17,592 bases of DNA from Candidatus Micrarchaeota archaeon (GCA_037444485.1 JBBIMI010000017.1:1-17592); one strand, 5' to 3'. Counted from the first letter of the stretch, positions 8,647 through 16,479 are shown. Numbers and translations: made by a program. The notes: generated from the letters alone by a model not told the origin.

Positions 8647-10578
8647 GTGTGTGGAATAATTGGTTTTACTGGGCTTGACGACGAGCTTGCGGCAAAACGC
8701 ATGAATGCGAGCGTCAAGCACCGCGGGCCGGACATGGACGGGTTTTACTTTGACGAGAACGCCGCGTTAGGTAACCGGCGGTTGAAGATAATAGATTTGA
8801 GTGAAGCCGCACGCCAACCAATGCACAACGAAGACGAAACTGTTTGGGTTACTTTCAACGGCGAGGTTTACAACCACCGCGCGCTGCGCGCGGAACTCGA
8901 GTTGAAAAACCATCGTTTTTCTTCTCGCGCCGACACGGAAGTTCTCGTTCACGGTTTTGAAGAGTGGGGAAACGCGTTGCCAACTCGCTTGCGCGGCGAT
9001 TTCGCTTTCGCTGTTTGGGATTCTCGCAAGAAAAAGCTTTTCCTGGCGCGCGACAACATCGGCGTTTGCCCGCTTTACTACGCGTTTTACGAAGCAGGTG
9101 GAAGAAACCAAATAGCTTTCGCTTCAGAAATCAAGGCTTTATTGATGCACCCACTCGTGAAACGCGGAATCGACTTTCAAGCATTAAACGAATACCTCTC
9201 GCTTCGTTACTCGCTTGGTCCGCGCACCTTATTCGCTGGCGTGCGCAAGCTTCAGCCGGGGCATTTTCTCGAGTTTGATGCTGTGAGTGGGGAAACGCGC
9301 GTGCAAAAGTATTGGGATTTCGTTTTCGCGCCAGCACGCGAGTCTGAAGCTTTTTTTGTGGAAAAGATTCGTTTGTTGTTGGGCGAGTCCGTCAAACTGC
9401 GTTTAATGAGTGACGTTCCGCTTGGAGCGTACTTGAGTGGCGGGCTTGACTCGAGTTTTATAGTCGCGTTGATGGCGCGGGCTGCTCGCGAGGCTGGTGG
9501 CGCAAGCGATTCTATTAAAACTTTTTCTGTCGCGTTCGGCCAGCCTACTGACGAAACGCGTTTCGCGCGGCTTGTTGCTGAACAATACTCTACTAACCAC
9601 AAGGAACTCTTCGTGGATGACGCGCGTGTTGTTCAAGCCCTTCCGCTCGTCGCATGGCATTTGGATGAGCCTGTCGCGGACGCTGCCGCGATTCCAACTT
9701 TTTTCATGGCGCAAGCTGTCAAGCCGCATGCGACTGTAGTGCTTACGGGCGACGGGGGTGATGAAGTGTTCGGCGGTTACGCGCGTTACTATCGTCTTCC
9801 GCGCTTGCACCGCTTTGGGCCGCTCGCCCGCAAAATGCGGTACTTCGCGTTCGTAACGCGTTTGCTTCAAACGCGTGAAGCTTCAAAACGCTTGAAGGAA
9901 TTGCTTGCGAGTTCACGCGACCGTGTGGAATTGTTTCTCGCTTACGCGTCCGCTTTTTCTGAACAAGAAAAAAAAGAGTTTTTAACGCTTGAATTCATGC
10001 GCGAACTACGCGTTTTTCCAACCATCATTGATGAAATAAAACCATTTTTTGAAACTGGTTTGAATTACGCTGACGAGTTGTTTTATTTTGACTTGAAGAC
10101 GCTGCTTCCAGACGATTACTTGATGAAAGTCAACAAAACAAGTATGGCGCACTCAGTAGAATCCCGCGTTCCATACCTCGACAACGAATTCGTTGCGTTT
10201 GCCGCAACGATTCCCCACGACTTGAAGATTGAAGGCTCGCGAACGAAGAAAATCATGCGGAAAGCTATGCAAGGCCTGGTGCCGGACGAGGTAGTAAAAC
10301 GCGGAAAGTGGGGTTTCAACGTGCCCACGCACGCGTGGCTCGACGGCGAGCTCGGCGAAATCGCTGCTCAACTGCTTTCCAGCGACGCGGTGCGCAAGCG
10401 CGGTTATTTCGAAAACCGTTTAGTGCAAAGCATCTTACGGAATTACTCGAAGAACGAATCGTATTACTCTCGCCAATTTTGGGCTTTGTTCGCGCTCGAA
10501 TTATGGCACCGCGTGTTCATAGACCCGCCTGAAGAAACAGCGTTACGCGCGCCAAAGAGTTTCAACGAATTACTTTAA
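8647..10578 (+). CDS. asnB: Asparagine-synthase-like glutamine amidotransferase (AsnB family), likely glycan amidation
   Basis: 643 aa. N-terminal Ntn nucleophile MCGI, then HRGPD, RRLKIIDL, FNGEVYN, ARD.IG..PLYY, LSGGLDSS, LTGDGGDEVFGGY and SVESRVPYLD. It sits between glycosylation genes. Confidence 0.93.
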   Translation: MCGIIGFTGLDDELAAKRMNASVKHRGPDMDGFYFDENAALGNRRLKIIDLSEAARQPMHNEDETVWVTFNGEVYNHRALRAELELKNHRFSSRADTEVLVHGFEEWGNALPTRLRGDFAFAVWDSRKKKLFLARDNIGVCPLYYAFYEAGGRNQIAFASEIKALLMHPLVKRGIDFQALNEYLSLRYSLGPRTLFAGVRKLQPGHFLEFDAVSGETRVQKYWDFVFAPARESEAFFVEKIRLLLGESVKLRLMSDVPLGAYLSGGLDSSFIVALMARAAREAGGASDSIKTFSVAFGQPTDETRFARLVAEQYSTNHKELFVDDARVVQALPLVAWHLDEPVADAAAIPTFFMAQAVKPHATVVLTGDGGDEVFGGYARYYRLPRLHRFGPLARKMRYFAFVTRLLQTREASKRLKELLASSRDRVELFLAYASAFSEQEKKEFLTLEFMRELRVFPTIIDEIKPFFETGLNYADELFYFDLKTLLPDDYLMKVNKTSMAHSVESRVPYLDNEFVAFAATIPHDLKIEGSRTKKIMRKAMQGLVPDEVVKRGKWGFNVPTHAWLDGELGEIAAQLLSSDAVRKRGYFENRLVQSILRNYSKNESYYSRQFWALFALELWHRVFIDPPEETALRAPKSFNELL

Positions 10579-11040
10579 CAAGTAAACGAAACTAAGCAAA
10601 TACTATCAAAAGAAACTAAACGGTATTAAAAACGGTATTAAACAAATTACTGAAGAATTAGTGTAAAGAATTGGTAACGAATACTAGAATACTATTAACG
10701 CGTTAAACGAATTGTTCAAGTTAAGTTTAAATGTTATTAAACGGTATTAAACGAATTGGAATTTTAAATGAATTGTTTAAGTTGTTCGAATTGTTTTTTG
10801 AGTTGTTTAAAGTTGTTTTAAGCGCGTTCGTTTAAGCGCGTTCGAGGTGGTGAAAAACCAAAGGGTTTTTATTAAAAGGCGTTCTTTTTATTGAAGATTG
10901 TTTTTATTGAATTTGTTTTTTATTGGGTTTTTATTAGAGAAATTATTTTTTATTGAAGATTGTTTCCTTGATTGTTTTTTCTTTTCTTTTCTTTCTTTGT
11001 TTTTTTATTTTGTTTTCTTTGTTTTCTGTTGTTGGGCGTC
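10579..11040. repeat. Long AT-rich intergenic region composed of short direct repeats
   Basis: AAACGGTATTAA x3 (10618, 10630, 10739). GAATACTA x2 (10679-10694). TTTAAGCGCGTTCG x2 (10817-10844). TTTTTATT(G/A) about six times (10866-10955), including TTTTTATTGAAGATTGTTT x2. Confidence 0.75.
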
Positions 11041-11106
11041 AAACTTGCATTTAAGCCTTTTTAGTGAATTGAAGACCGTGTTTTCGCGCGGTGGGGGTTT
11101 TTAGGG

Positions 11107-14031
11107 TTGTTCGTCGAGCTTTTCGCAATCGTTGCGACCGGCGTGTTTTTGTTCACGCCCGGCATCCTCTGGTCTTTCGCTCTCCTCAAGAACGTGAGCC
11201 TGCGCTTGTGGGAAAAAACTTTTTTAGGCGTAGTGCTCGGACTAATAATCGTACCTGGCGCGAGCGTTCTTGAATTCGTTTTCTTGGAAGTAAAACTCAA
11301 TGCTTTGCTTGTTCTCACTAACGCTGTCCTGCTCTCGTTAATCGCGGTTGTAGTGCTTTGGAAACAAAAACAGTCACTCGAGTTCTGGAAGACAGCGTTC
11401 GAATTGCCGAAGTCGAGCGCGGGTTGGAAAGCTTGGTTGAAGGAAAACTGGCCCGCGTTGGCAGTCATCGTTGTTACGGTATTCGGTTTTTACGCGCGTT
11501 TCGCGACTTCTTGGGCGACGAATTTCTTCGAGTTCGACCCGATTTACTACGACAAGTTGACTGAACGCCTCGTGCAAAACGGTTTTATCGAGGTTTTCAC
11601 GCAGGACGCTTACTACCCGCTGCAAGCGTTCCAGCGTTACGCTCCAATGATTCACTACTTGAGTGGTTCACTTTACTTGCTTTACCAGTCTTTCGCAGGC
11701 GGACCGTTTTCGAAAGACGCACTCATGCTCACCGGCCAATTGTATCCGCCGATCGTAGGCGCGTTGTTGTCGTTCCTCGCTTTCCTCGTCGTAAAGGAAG
11801 AATACAACAAGTACGTTGCTTTAATTCCTACTCTGCTTTTCGCTTTCACTCCCCAACTCGTAAAAAAACTTGCTGCAGGCGTTAACGAACAACAGCCTTG
11901 GGGTATTTTCGCCGCGTTATTGGTTTTCGCGTTGTTCGCGCTTGCGGTGAGCAAGAAAAGCAGGCGGCTTGCAGTGTTCGCTGGAATAGCTGTTTTCGCG
12001 GCTGTTCTCGGCAGCCAGCAATACATTTGGCCCGTGACCGTAGTCGCCGCGTTCATCGGCATCCAGGCGCTCCTCGATTTCTTGAAGAACGACTTGGATG
12101 AACGACTTTTGGTCGTGAACGGGATTGTTGTTGCAAGCGCGATTGCTGCCGGCATCCTTTTATGGGTTTACCAACAGGGTGCTTACGGGTCGTTCTTCAG
12201 CGGCGCTTCAATGCTGTTGATTGCTTCATTCGCGTTTTCAGCACTATTGTATGGTTTGACTAGGTTCATGAAAATAAATTCGTTTAAAGAGAGAGTTGGT
12301 TGGCTTGCGGGAGTCCTTATAATAGTAATCGTAATCGTGTCAGTAACGCCCTTGTTGAGCACGCTGCTCGGCTACTTGACTAGAACTTCCCAATTCGCTG
12401 TAGCCGGCTGCGGGCTCGGAAAAACGATTCAAGAAGAGGGTGGCACTTCGCCCGCGTTGTTTCAATCAGCTTACGGCGTTCTAAACCCGCCGGTCTTGTT
12501 GTTGTTCGCTGCAGTGCTTTCCAGCATTACCGCGATTCTCGCGTTGCTGCGCAAGAAAAAACGCGATTACGCGATTGTCGGCGCAGTGATCGTGTTCGGC
12601 TTGATTGTCTTCAACGCGCAAATAGATGGTTTCCTGTCTTGGATCGCGAGTAGCGTCGGCTCTGCGGACTTGACTAACGCGATTAAATTCTTTTCTGAAA
12701 ACGATGTTTTCCTTTACATGCTTATAGCGCTCGGCTCTACTTCAGTAACGTACTTGGCGGCCGAAAGCAGTAAAGCGAGAAAATCAGCTTTACTGTTCGT
12801 GCTCGTATTCTTCCCAATCGCTTACGTCGGGTTAAACAAGCTAAAATACATGCTGCACTTGGCTTTCGCGCTAGCGCTTGCTGCCGGCTACGTTCTCGGC
12901 GAACTCGCGCGCGCACTCGAAGAAGCAAACGAGTGGCTGCACTTCGCGAAAAACAAGGCCGCCTTCTCGCGCTGGGTGGTTGGAAGCGTTCTCGCAATCG
13001 GGTTACTGTTTTCAGCGCTTCAAGCGCAAACCGTTCCGCAGAGCGTGAAGGAATTGAGTTACACGCGCATTCCAAGCGACTGGATGCAAGCGTACGAGTG
13101 GATGCGCGTCAACTTGCCGAAAGACGCGCGCGTAATGTCTTGGTGGGATTACGGACATTGGACTACTTTCTTCGGCGAACGCAATACGGTGCTCGACCCG
13201 AACAACGCGCACGCGAACTTCGACCAAGCAGTTGCGCAAGCGTTCGTGAACGGCGAACCGAAAGACTTGTATTACTTGATGAATTACCACAATGCGACTC
13301 ACGTTCTCGTAGACGCTGACCTCGTGTCCAAGTGGGGCGCACTTGTTTTCTTAAGCTGTTCGTGTGACGCGAGCTTGTCGCCAGTGTGCCCGCAAAAGTG
13401 GGAGAGCGACCCCTGCATCGCGCCCGGGCAAAGCAAGTGCGAAGCAGAACACTACGACGAGTACCTCGACGTTATCGGAGAGTGCCCGCCTGCGCTCACG
13501 CCAGTCGCGTTGCCAGCGTTGGCAAGCAGTTTCGGTGTTACTTACTGCGCTGGACAAAACGAGTTGTTTCTCGCGACTCGCCAAGGCCTAGACCCAACGT
13601 ACAAACGCAAGTACAAGATAATTGGAGCTAGCGAGGTTGACGTCAACAACTTGGATCCATCAGTTAGTTACTTGATTCCAATCGCTCAAAACAAGTTTAT
13701 TAACGTCAACCCGTACTTGCCTGGCTTCAACAACCGCGTGTTTTACTCCGCGTTCACGCGCTTGTTCTTCTTTGAAACGTATCCAGGCTTCAAACTCGTC
13801 TACAAGTCGCCGAACGGCATGGTAAAGATTTTCGAGTACCTCGGCGAACCGCCTGAAAGCGAGTGGATCAAATACCAAGCGCCCGCGAACGTCGAAGCGC
13901 TTCAGCCGACGCCGACTCCAACGCCAAGCGCAACGCCGACTGCTACGCCGAGCGTCAGTCCGACGCCTTCGCCCGAAGCGGCGCAAAACGCGACGAACGC
14001 GACCAACCAAACGAACGCTTCAACCAGTTAA
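11107..14031 (+). CDS. aglB: Oligosaccharyltransferase AglB (STT3 family)
   Basis: 974 aa multi-TM protein with EFDP (E142-D144), TIQE (440-443), SWWDYGHW (W679), a DK-like DADLVSKW and a C-terminal VKIFEY. TTG start with GGTGGGGG upstream. Confidence 0.95.
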   Translation: MFVELFAIVATGVFLFTPGILWSFALLKNVSLRLWEKTFLGVVLGLIIVPGASVLEFVFLEVKLNALLVLTNAVLLSLIAVVVLWKQKQSLEFWKTAFELPKSSAGWKAWLKENWPALAVIVVTVFGFYARFATSWATNFFEFDPIYYDKLTERLVQNGFIEVFTQDAYYPLQAFQRYAPMIHYLSGSLYLLYQSFAGGPFSKDALMLTGQLYPPIVGALLSFLAFLVVKEEYNKYVALIPTLLFAFTPQLVKKLAAGVNEQQPWGIFAALLVFALFALAVSKKSRRLAVFAGIAVFAAVLGSQQYIWPVTVVAAFIGIQALLDFLKNDLDERLLVVNGIVVASAIAAGILLWVYQQGAYGSFFSGASMLLIASFAFSALLYGLTRFMKINSFKERVGWLAGVLIIVIVIVSVTPLLSTLLGYLTRTSQFAVAGCGLGKTIQEEGGTSPALFQSAYGVLNPPVLLLFAAVLSSITAILALLRKKKRDYAIVGAVIVFGLIVFNAQIDGFLSWIASSVGSADLTNAIKFFSENDVFLYMLIALGSTSVTYLAAESSKARKSALLFVLVFFPIAYVGLNKLKYMLHLAFALALAAGYVLGELARALEEANEWLHFAKNKAAFSRWVVGSVLAIGLLFSALQAQTVPQSVKELSYTRIPSDWMQAYEWMRVNLPKDARVMSWWDYGHWTTFFGERNTVLDPNNAHANFDQAVAQAFVNGEPKDLYYLMNYHNATHVLVDADLVSKWGALVFLSCSCDASLSPVCPQKWESDPCIAPGQSKCEAEHYDEYLDVIGECPPALTPVALPALASSFGVTYCAGQNELFLATRQGLDPTYKRKYKIIGASEVDVNNLDPSVSYLIPIAQNKFINVNPYLPGFNNRVFYSAFTRLFFFETYPGFKLVYKSPNGMVKIFEYLGEPPESEWIKYQAPANVEALQPTPTPTPSATPTATPSVSPTPSPEAAQNATNATNQTNASTS

Positions 14032-14052
14032 TTGATTATAAGTGTGAACAAA

Positions 14053-15051
14053 ATGGGCTTGCCTTTCGCGCTGGGACTCGCCGCAGTCGCTTTCGCCATC
14101 ACTTTCGCTGCAACTCCGTTTTACGCGAAGCGCGCGCTAGCGAAAGGAATTTTTGGCCGCGACGTCAACAAAGCCGGCCGCCCGCGCGTGGCTGAAATGG
14201 GTGGACTCGTGGTTTTCGCTGGCGTGGCATCAAGCGTGTCACTCGGAATCCTTTTCCTCACGTTCATAGACGCGAACTTCGCGTTGCTCACGTTGCTTCT
14301 CGCGGCTCTCGCCGCGCTTTCGCTGACCGCATTAATAGGCGTTTTCGACGATTTATTTAAACTAACGTGGAAAACGAAGGCGTTAATGCCGCTTGCTGCC
14401 GCCTTGCCGTTGGTTGCAGTGAAAGCAGGGGAAACAGTGATGAGCATTCCGTTCGTTGGCGACGTGGACTTCGGCTTGTTTTACACTTTCATTCTCGCTC
14501 CGTTAGGCGTTACTGGCGCTGCTAACGCGTTCAACATGAGCGCGGGCTATAACGGACTCGAGGCGGGAATCGGCTTCATTGTTTCCGCCGCGTTGCTTGC
14601 AATCGCGGTAGCGAGCGGAAGCACCGCTGCAGTCGTAGTGCTCGCCGCGTTGGCTGGCGCTTGCTTAGCGTTCTTGAAATTTAATTGGTTTCCAGCGCGC
14701 GTGTTTCCAGGCGATGTTGGCACGCTCATCGTCGGCGTTGGCATTGCGAGCGCTGCAATAATCGGCAACCTCGAAAAGTTCGCAGTTATCCTCGTGATTC
14801 CAGCTTTTTATGAACTCGCTGCAACTGTTTATTACGCTGCGAAAGCCGTTTGGCGCAGGCCAGCGTGCCACAATCCAGTGATTTTGGAGGATGGGCGGCT
14901 TAAGCCGCCGAAAGGCGCGGAATACTATACGTTGTTTTACTTGATTCTCTCAAAGAAACCCTTGCGCGAGGCGGACCTCGTTAAAACGGTTTACGCGATT
15001 TACGCCGCGTTCGCCGCAATCGCGCTTGCAGTGTATTGGCTCCGCGTTTAA
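14053..15051 (+). CDS. aglH: UDP-GlcNAc:dolichyl-phosphate GlcNAc-1-phosphotransferase (AglH/DPAGT1/Alg7 type)
   Basis: Motifs GRDVNK, VAEMGG, GVFDDL, NAFNMSAGYNGLEAG and FNWFPARVFPGDVGT. The ATG at 14053 is preferred over the TTG at 14032. Confidence 0.88.
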   Translation: MGLPFALGLAAVAFAITFAATPFYAKRALAKGIFGRDVNKAGRPRVAEMGGLVVFAGVASSVSLGILFLTFIDANFALLTLLLAALAALSLTALIGVFDDLFKLTWKTKALMPLAAALPLVAVKAGETVMSIPFVGDVDFGLFYTFILAPLGVTGAANAFNMSAGYNGLEAGIGFIVSAALLAIAVASGSTAAVVVLAALAGACLAFLKFNWFPARVFPGDVGTLIVGVGIASAAIIGNLEKFAVILVIPAFYELAATVYYAAKAVWRRPACHNPVILEDGRLKPPKGAEYYTLFYLILSKKPLREADLVKTVYAIYAAFAAIALAVYWLRV

Positions 15052-15074
15052 TCGCTGATCGCTTAATCAGCGTT

Positions 15075-15947
15075 TCAGCGTTTATTCAAGTCCTTAACCG
15101 CTTCGCCAGCCGGCTTGTGGTTTACGAACACGCCAGCGCCAAGCTCGATTCCACCCCACACGTTCAACAAACGCGGATACACTTCAACGTGGAAATGGAA
15201 ATTCCGCACGCTGCGCGGCGCGCTGTGAAAAACGACTGTGTAATCAGGCGAAGCGCGCGCAACGCGCTTCGTCACTTCCCGCAGCAAACGCATGAACGCG
15301 AGCGCCTCGCTCCCCGAAAAATCGAGGATGCTGCGCGCATGCCGCTCGGGCGCAATCCAACACTCGAGAGGAAAACGCGCGAACGACGGCGTAAACGCAG
15401 CGAAACCCTTCTCGCGCGCGAAAACGTGCGCGCGTTCCTTCACGAGAATAGAGTGCAACGCGCTCTCGCCGCTTGCCTTGAAGCCGCGCGCGAAAGCTTC
15501 AACCTCTGACGCTATGAACTCGGGAACAAAATCTAGTCCAATGATTTGCGCGTGTTCGTGTGAAACACTCGCTCCGCTCGCGGCGCCGTGGTTGCGAAAC
15601 AAAAACACGCTTTCGCTGGCTTGCTGCAATTCACGGTAACGGTTTCTGTAAGCTTCGAAAACGAATGCGAGTTGTTCGTCACTAAAATTCTGGAATAACT
15701 CGTCATGGTCGAGTGTTTCAACTATTACCTCGTGGTTTTGTGTGATAGGAAAAGCGTTTTTGAAGCAACGCACGCGCCAATTTTCTTTCGATGGGAGCGC
15801 GAACGTCGTTGGAGGAGTGAGCTTCTCGCGGCCAGGACAAAAAAAGCATTCCCTCTTGTTTTTGACGAGCGGCCTCTTGCCCCTGCGTGCGAGCATAAAC
15901 GTCTTAAAGCCAGTCAAAGGATTGAAAGCCAGTTCACGCGAACCCAT
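15075..15947 (-). CDS. galT: Galactose-1-phosphate uridylyltransferase (GalT/HIT-superfamily) homolog
   Basis: Motifs NPLTG, RGKRP, CFFCPG, N.FP, HEVIVET, FRNHG..SGAS..HEHAQI and HFHVE..PR...WGG.ELG.G..VN. The ATG at 15947 has GGGTGA upstream. Confidence 0.85.
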   Translation of the reverse strand: MGSRELAFNPLTGFKTFMLARRGKRPLVKNKRECFFCPGREKLTPPTTFALPSKENWRVRCFKNAFPITQNHEVIVETLDHDELFQNFSDEQLAFVFEAYRNRYRELQQASESVFLFRNHGAASGASVSHEHAQIIGLDFVPEFIASEVEAFARGFKASGESALHSILVKERAHVFAREKGFAAFTPSFARFPLECWIAPERHARSILDFSGSEALAFMRLLREVTKRVARASPDYTVVFHSAPRSVRNFHFHVEVYPRLLNVWGGIELGAGVFVNHKPAGEAVKDLNKR

Positions 15948-15974
15948 TAAAAAACACTCACCCGCACTCAATTA

Positions 15975-16066
15975 AAACACTTTCAATTTAAAACAAAATA
16001 AAACAATAAAAAAATTAAAAAAAAACAAATTAAAAAAAAACAAATTAAAACAACGAATTCATTAAA
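15975..16066. repeat. A-rich tandem repeat spacer
   Basis: ATTAAAAAAAAACAA x2 (16014-16043) plus a shortened third copy ATTAAAACAA. Confidence 0.7.
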
Positions 16067-16067
16067 A

Positions 16068-16084
16068 CGAAACTGCTTTAAGAA
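16068..16084 (+). promoter_or_regulatory. Archaeal BRE/TATA promoter of the SRP RNA gene
   Basis: CGAAAC followed by TTTAAGAA (16077-16084), centred about 25 nt upstream of the predicted RNA 5' end. Confidence 0.6.
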
Positions 16085-16104
16085 CGTTTTTCCAAATACT
16101 TTAC

Positions 16105-16375
16105 TGCGGTGGGCTGGTCGGGAGGCTAGAGGTCTCCTGTAACGCCAATCCTCTTTACGGCGGACAAAGGCTTTGGATAAAGCGCGCGAACGCTCGCGCG
16201 GCCTGACGCCGGCAGACGAAGCGTTGCCTCGCGTTATGCTTCGAGTGGCGAACCGAGCCAGGTCGGAAGAAGCAACTCTAAACCATTCAAAGCATGCTCG
16301 CGAGATACAATGCGGATGCTTGGCTTCAGACAACCCGCGGCGCGAACACGCTTGAACCAAAGCACGCTCACCGCA
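16105..16375 (+). ncRNA. ffs: Signal recognition particle (7S) RNA
   Basis: Helix 1: TGCGGTGGGC (16105-16114) pairs with GCTCACCGCA (16366-16375). Alu domain: helix 3 GGAGGC/GTCTCC, the UGUAA motif, helix 4 CGCC/GGCG, and loop-loop complementarity AGAGG/CCTCT. Long helix 5 is closed by GCTTTGG/CCAAAGC. Helix 8 reads GAACC-GAG-CCAGG-TC-GGAA-GA-AGCAA-CTC. Confidence 0.93.
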
Positions 16376-16479
16376 CTCGCTAAAAAAAATTCCAGAAAAC
16401 AATGCCATCCTGCTTTTCAGGTTGCAGGTTTGCATACCGCGAGGCTTACACGATTCAAACTGTCGTTGAGTGTTACAGA

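Noticed and set aside
10579..11040. Possible CRISPR array or replication origin
   Set aside because: The repeats are short, heterogeneous and lack regular unique spacers. There are no recognisable ORB/G-string elements and no cas or cdc6 gene in the window.
10898..11104. 68-aa Phe-rich ORF
   Set aside because: It is the translation of a T-rich low-complexity tract with a weak TTG start.
7613..15975. Numerous short overlapping or antisense ORFs inside GT4, asnB, aglB, aglH and galT
   Set aside because: They are shadow frames expected from GC-rich codon usage and carry no recognisable motifs.
16410..16476. Weak hairpins in the GTPase leader (CCTG/CAGG, TGCA/TGCA, ACAC..TCAA/TTGAGTGT)
   Set aside because: The stems are too short or bulged to support a structured RNA call without covariation data.
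16402..16479. N-terminal extension of the GTPase ORF from the ATG at 16402
   Set aside because: Family-like sequence begins at MASLNAGPEY (16480), so the extension looks like open leader sequence.
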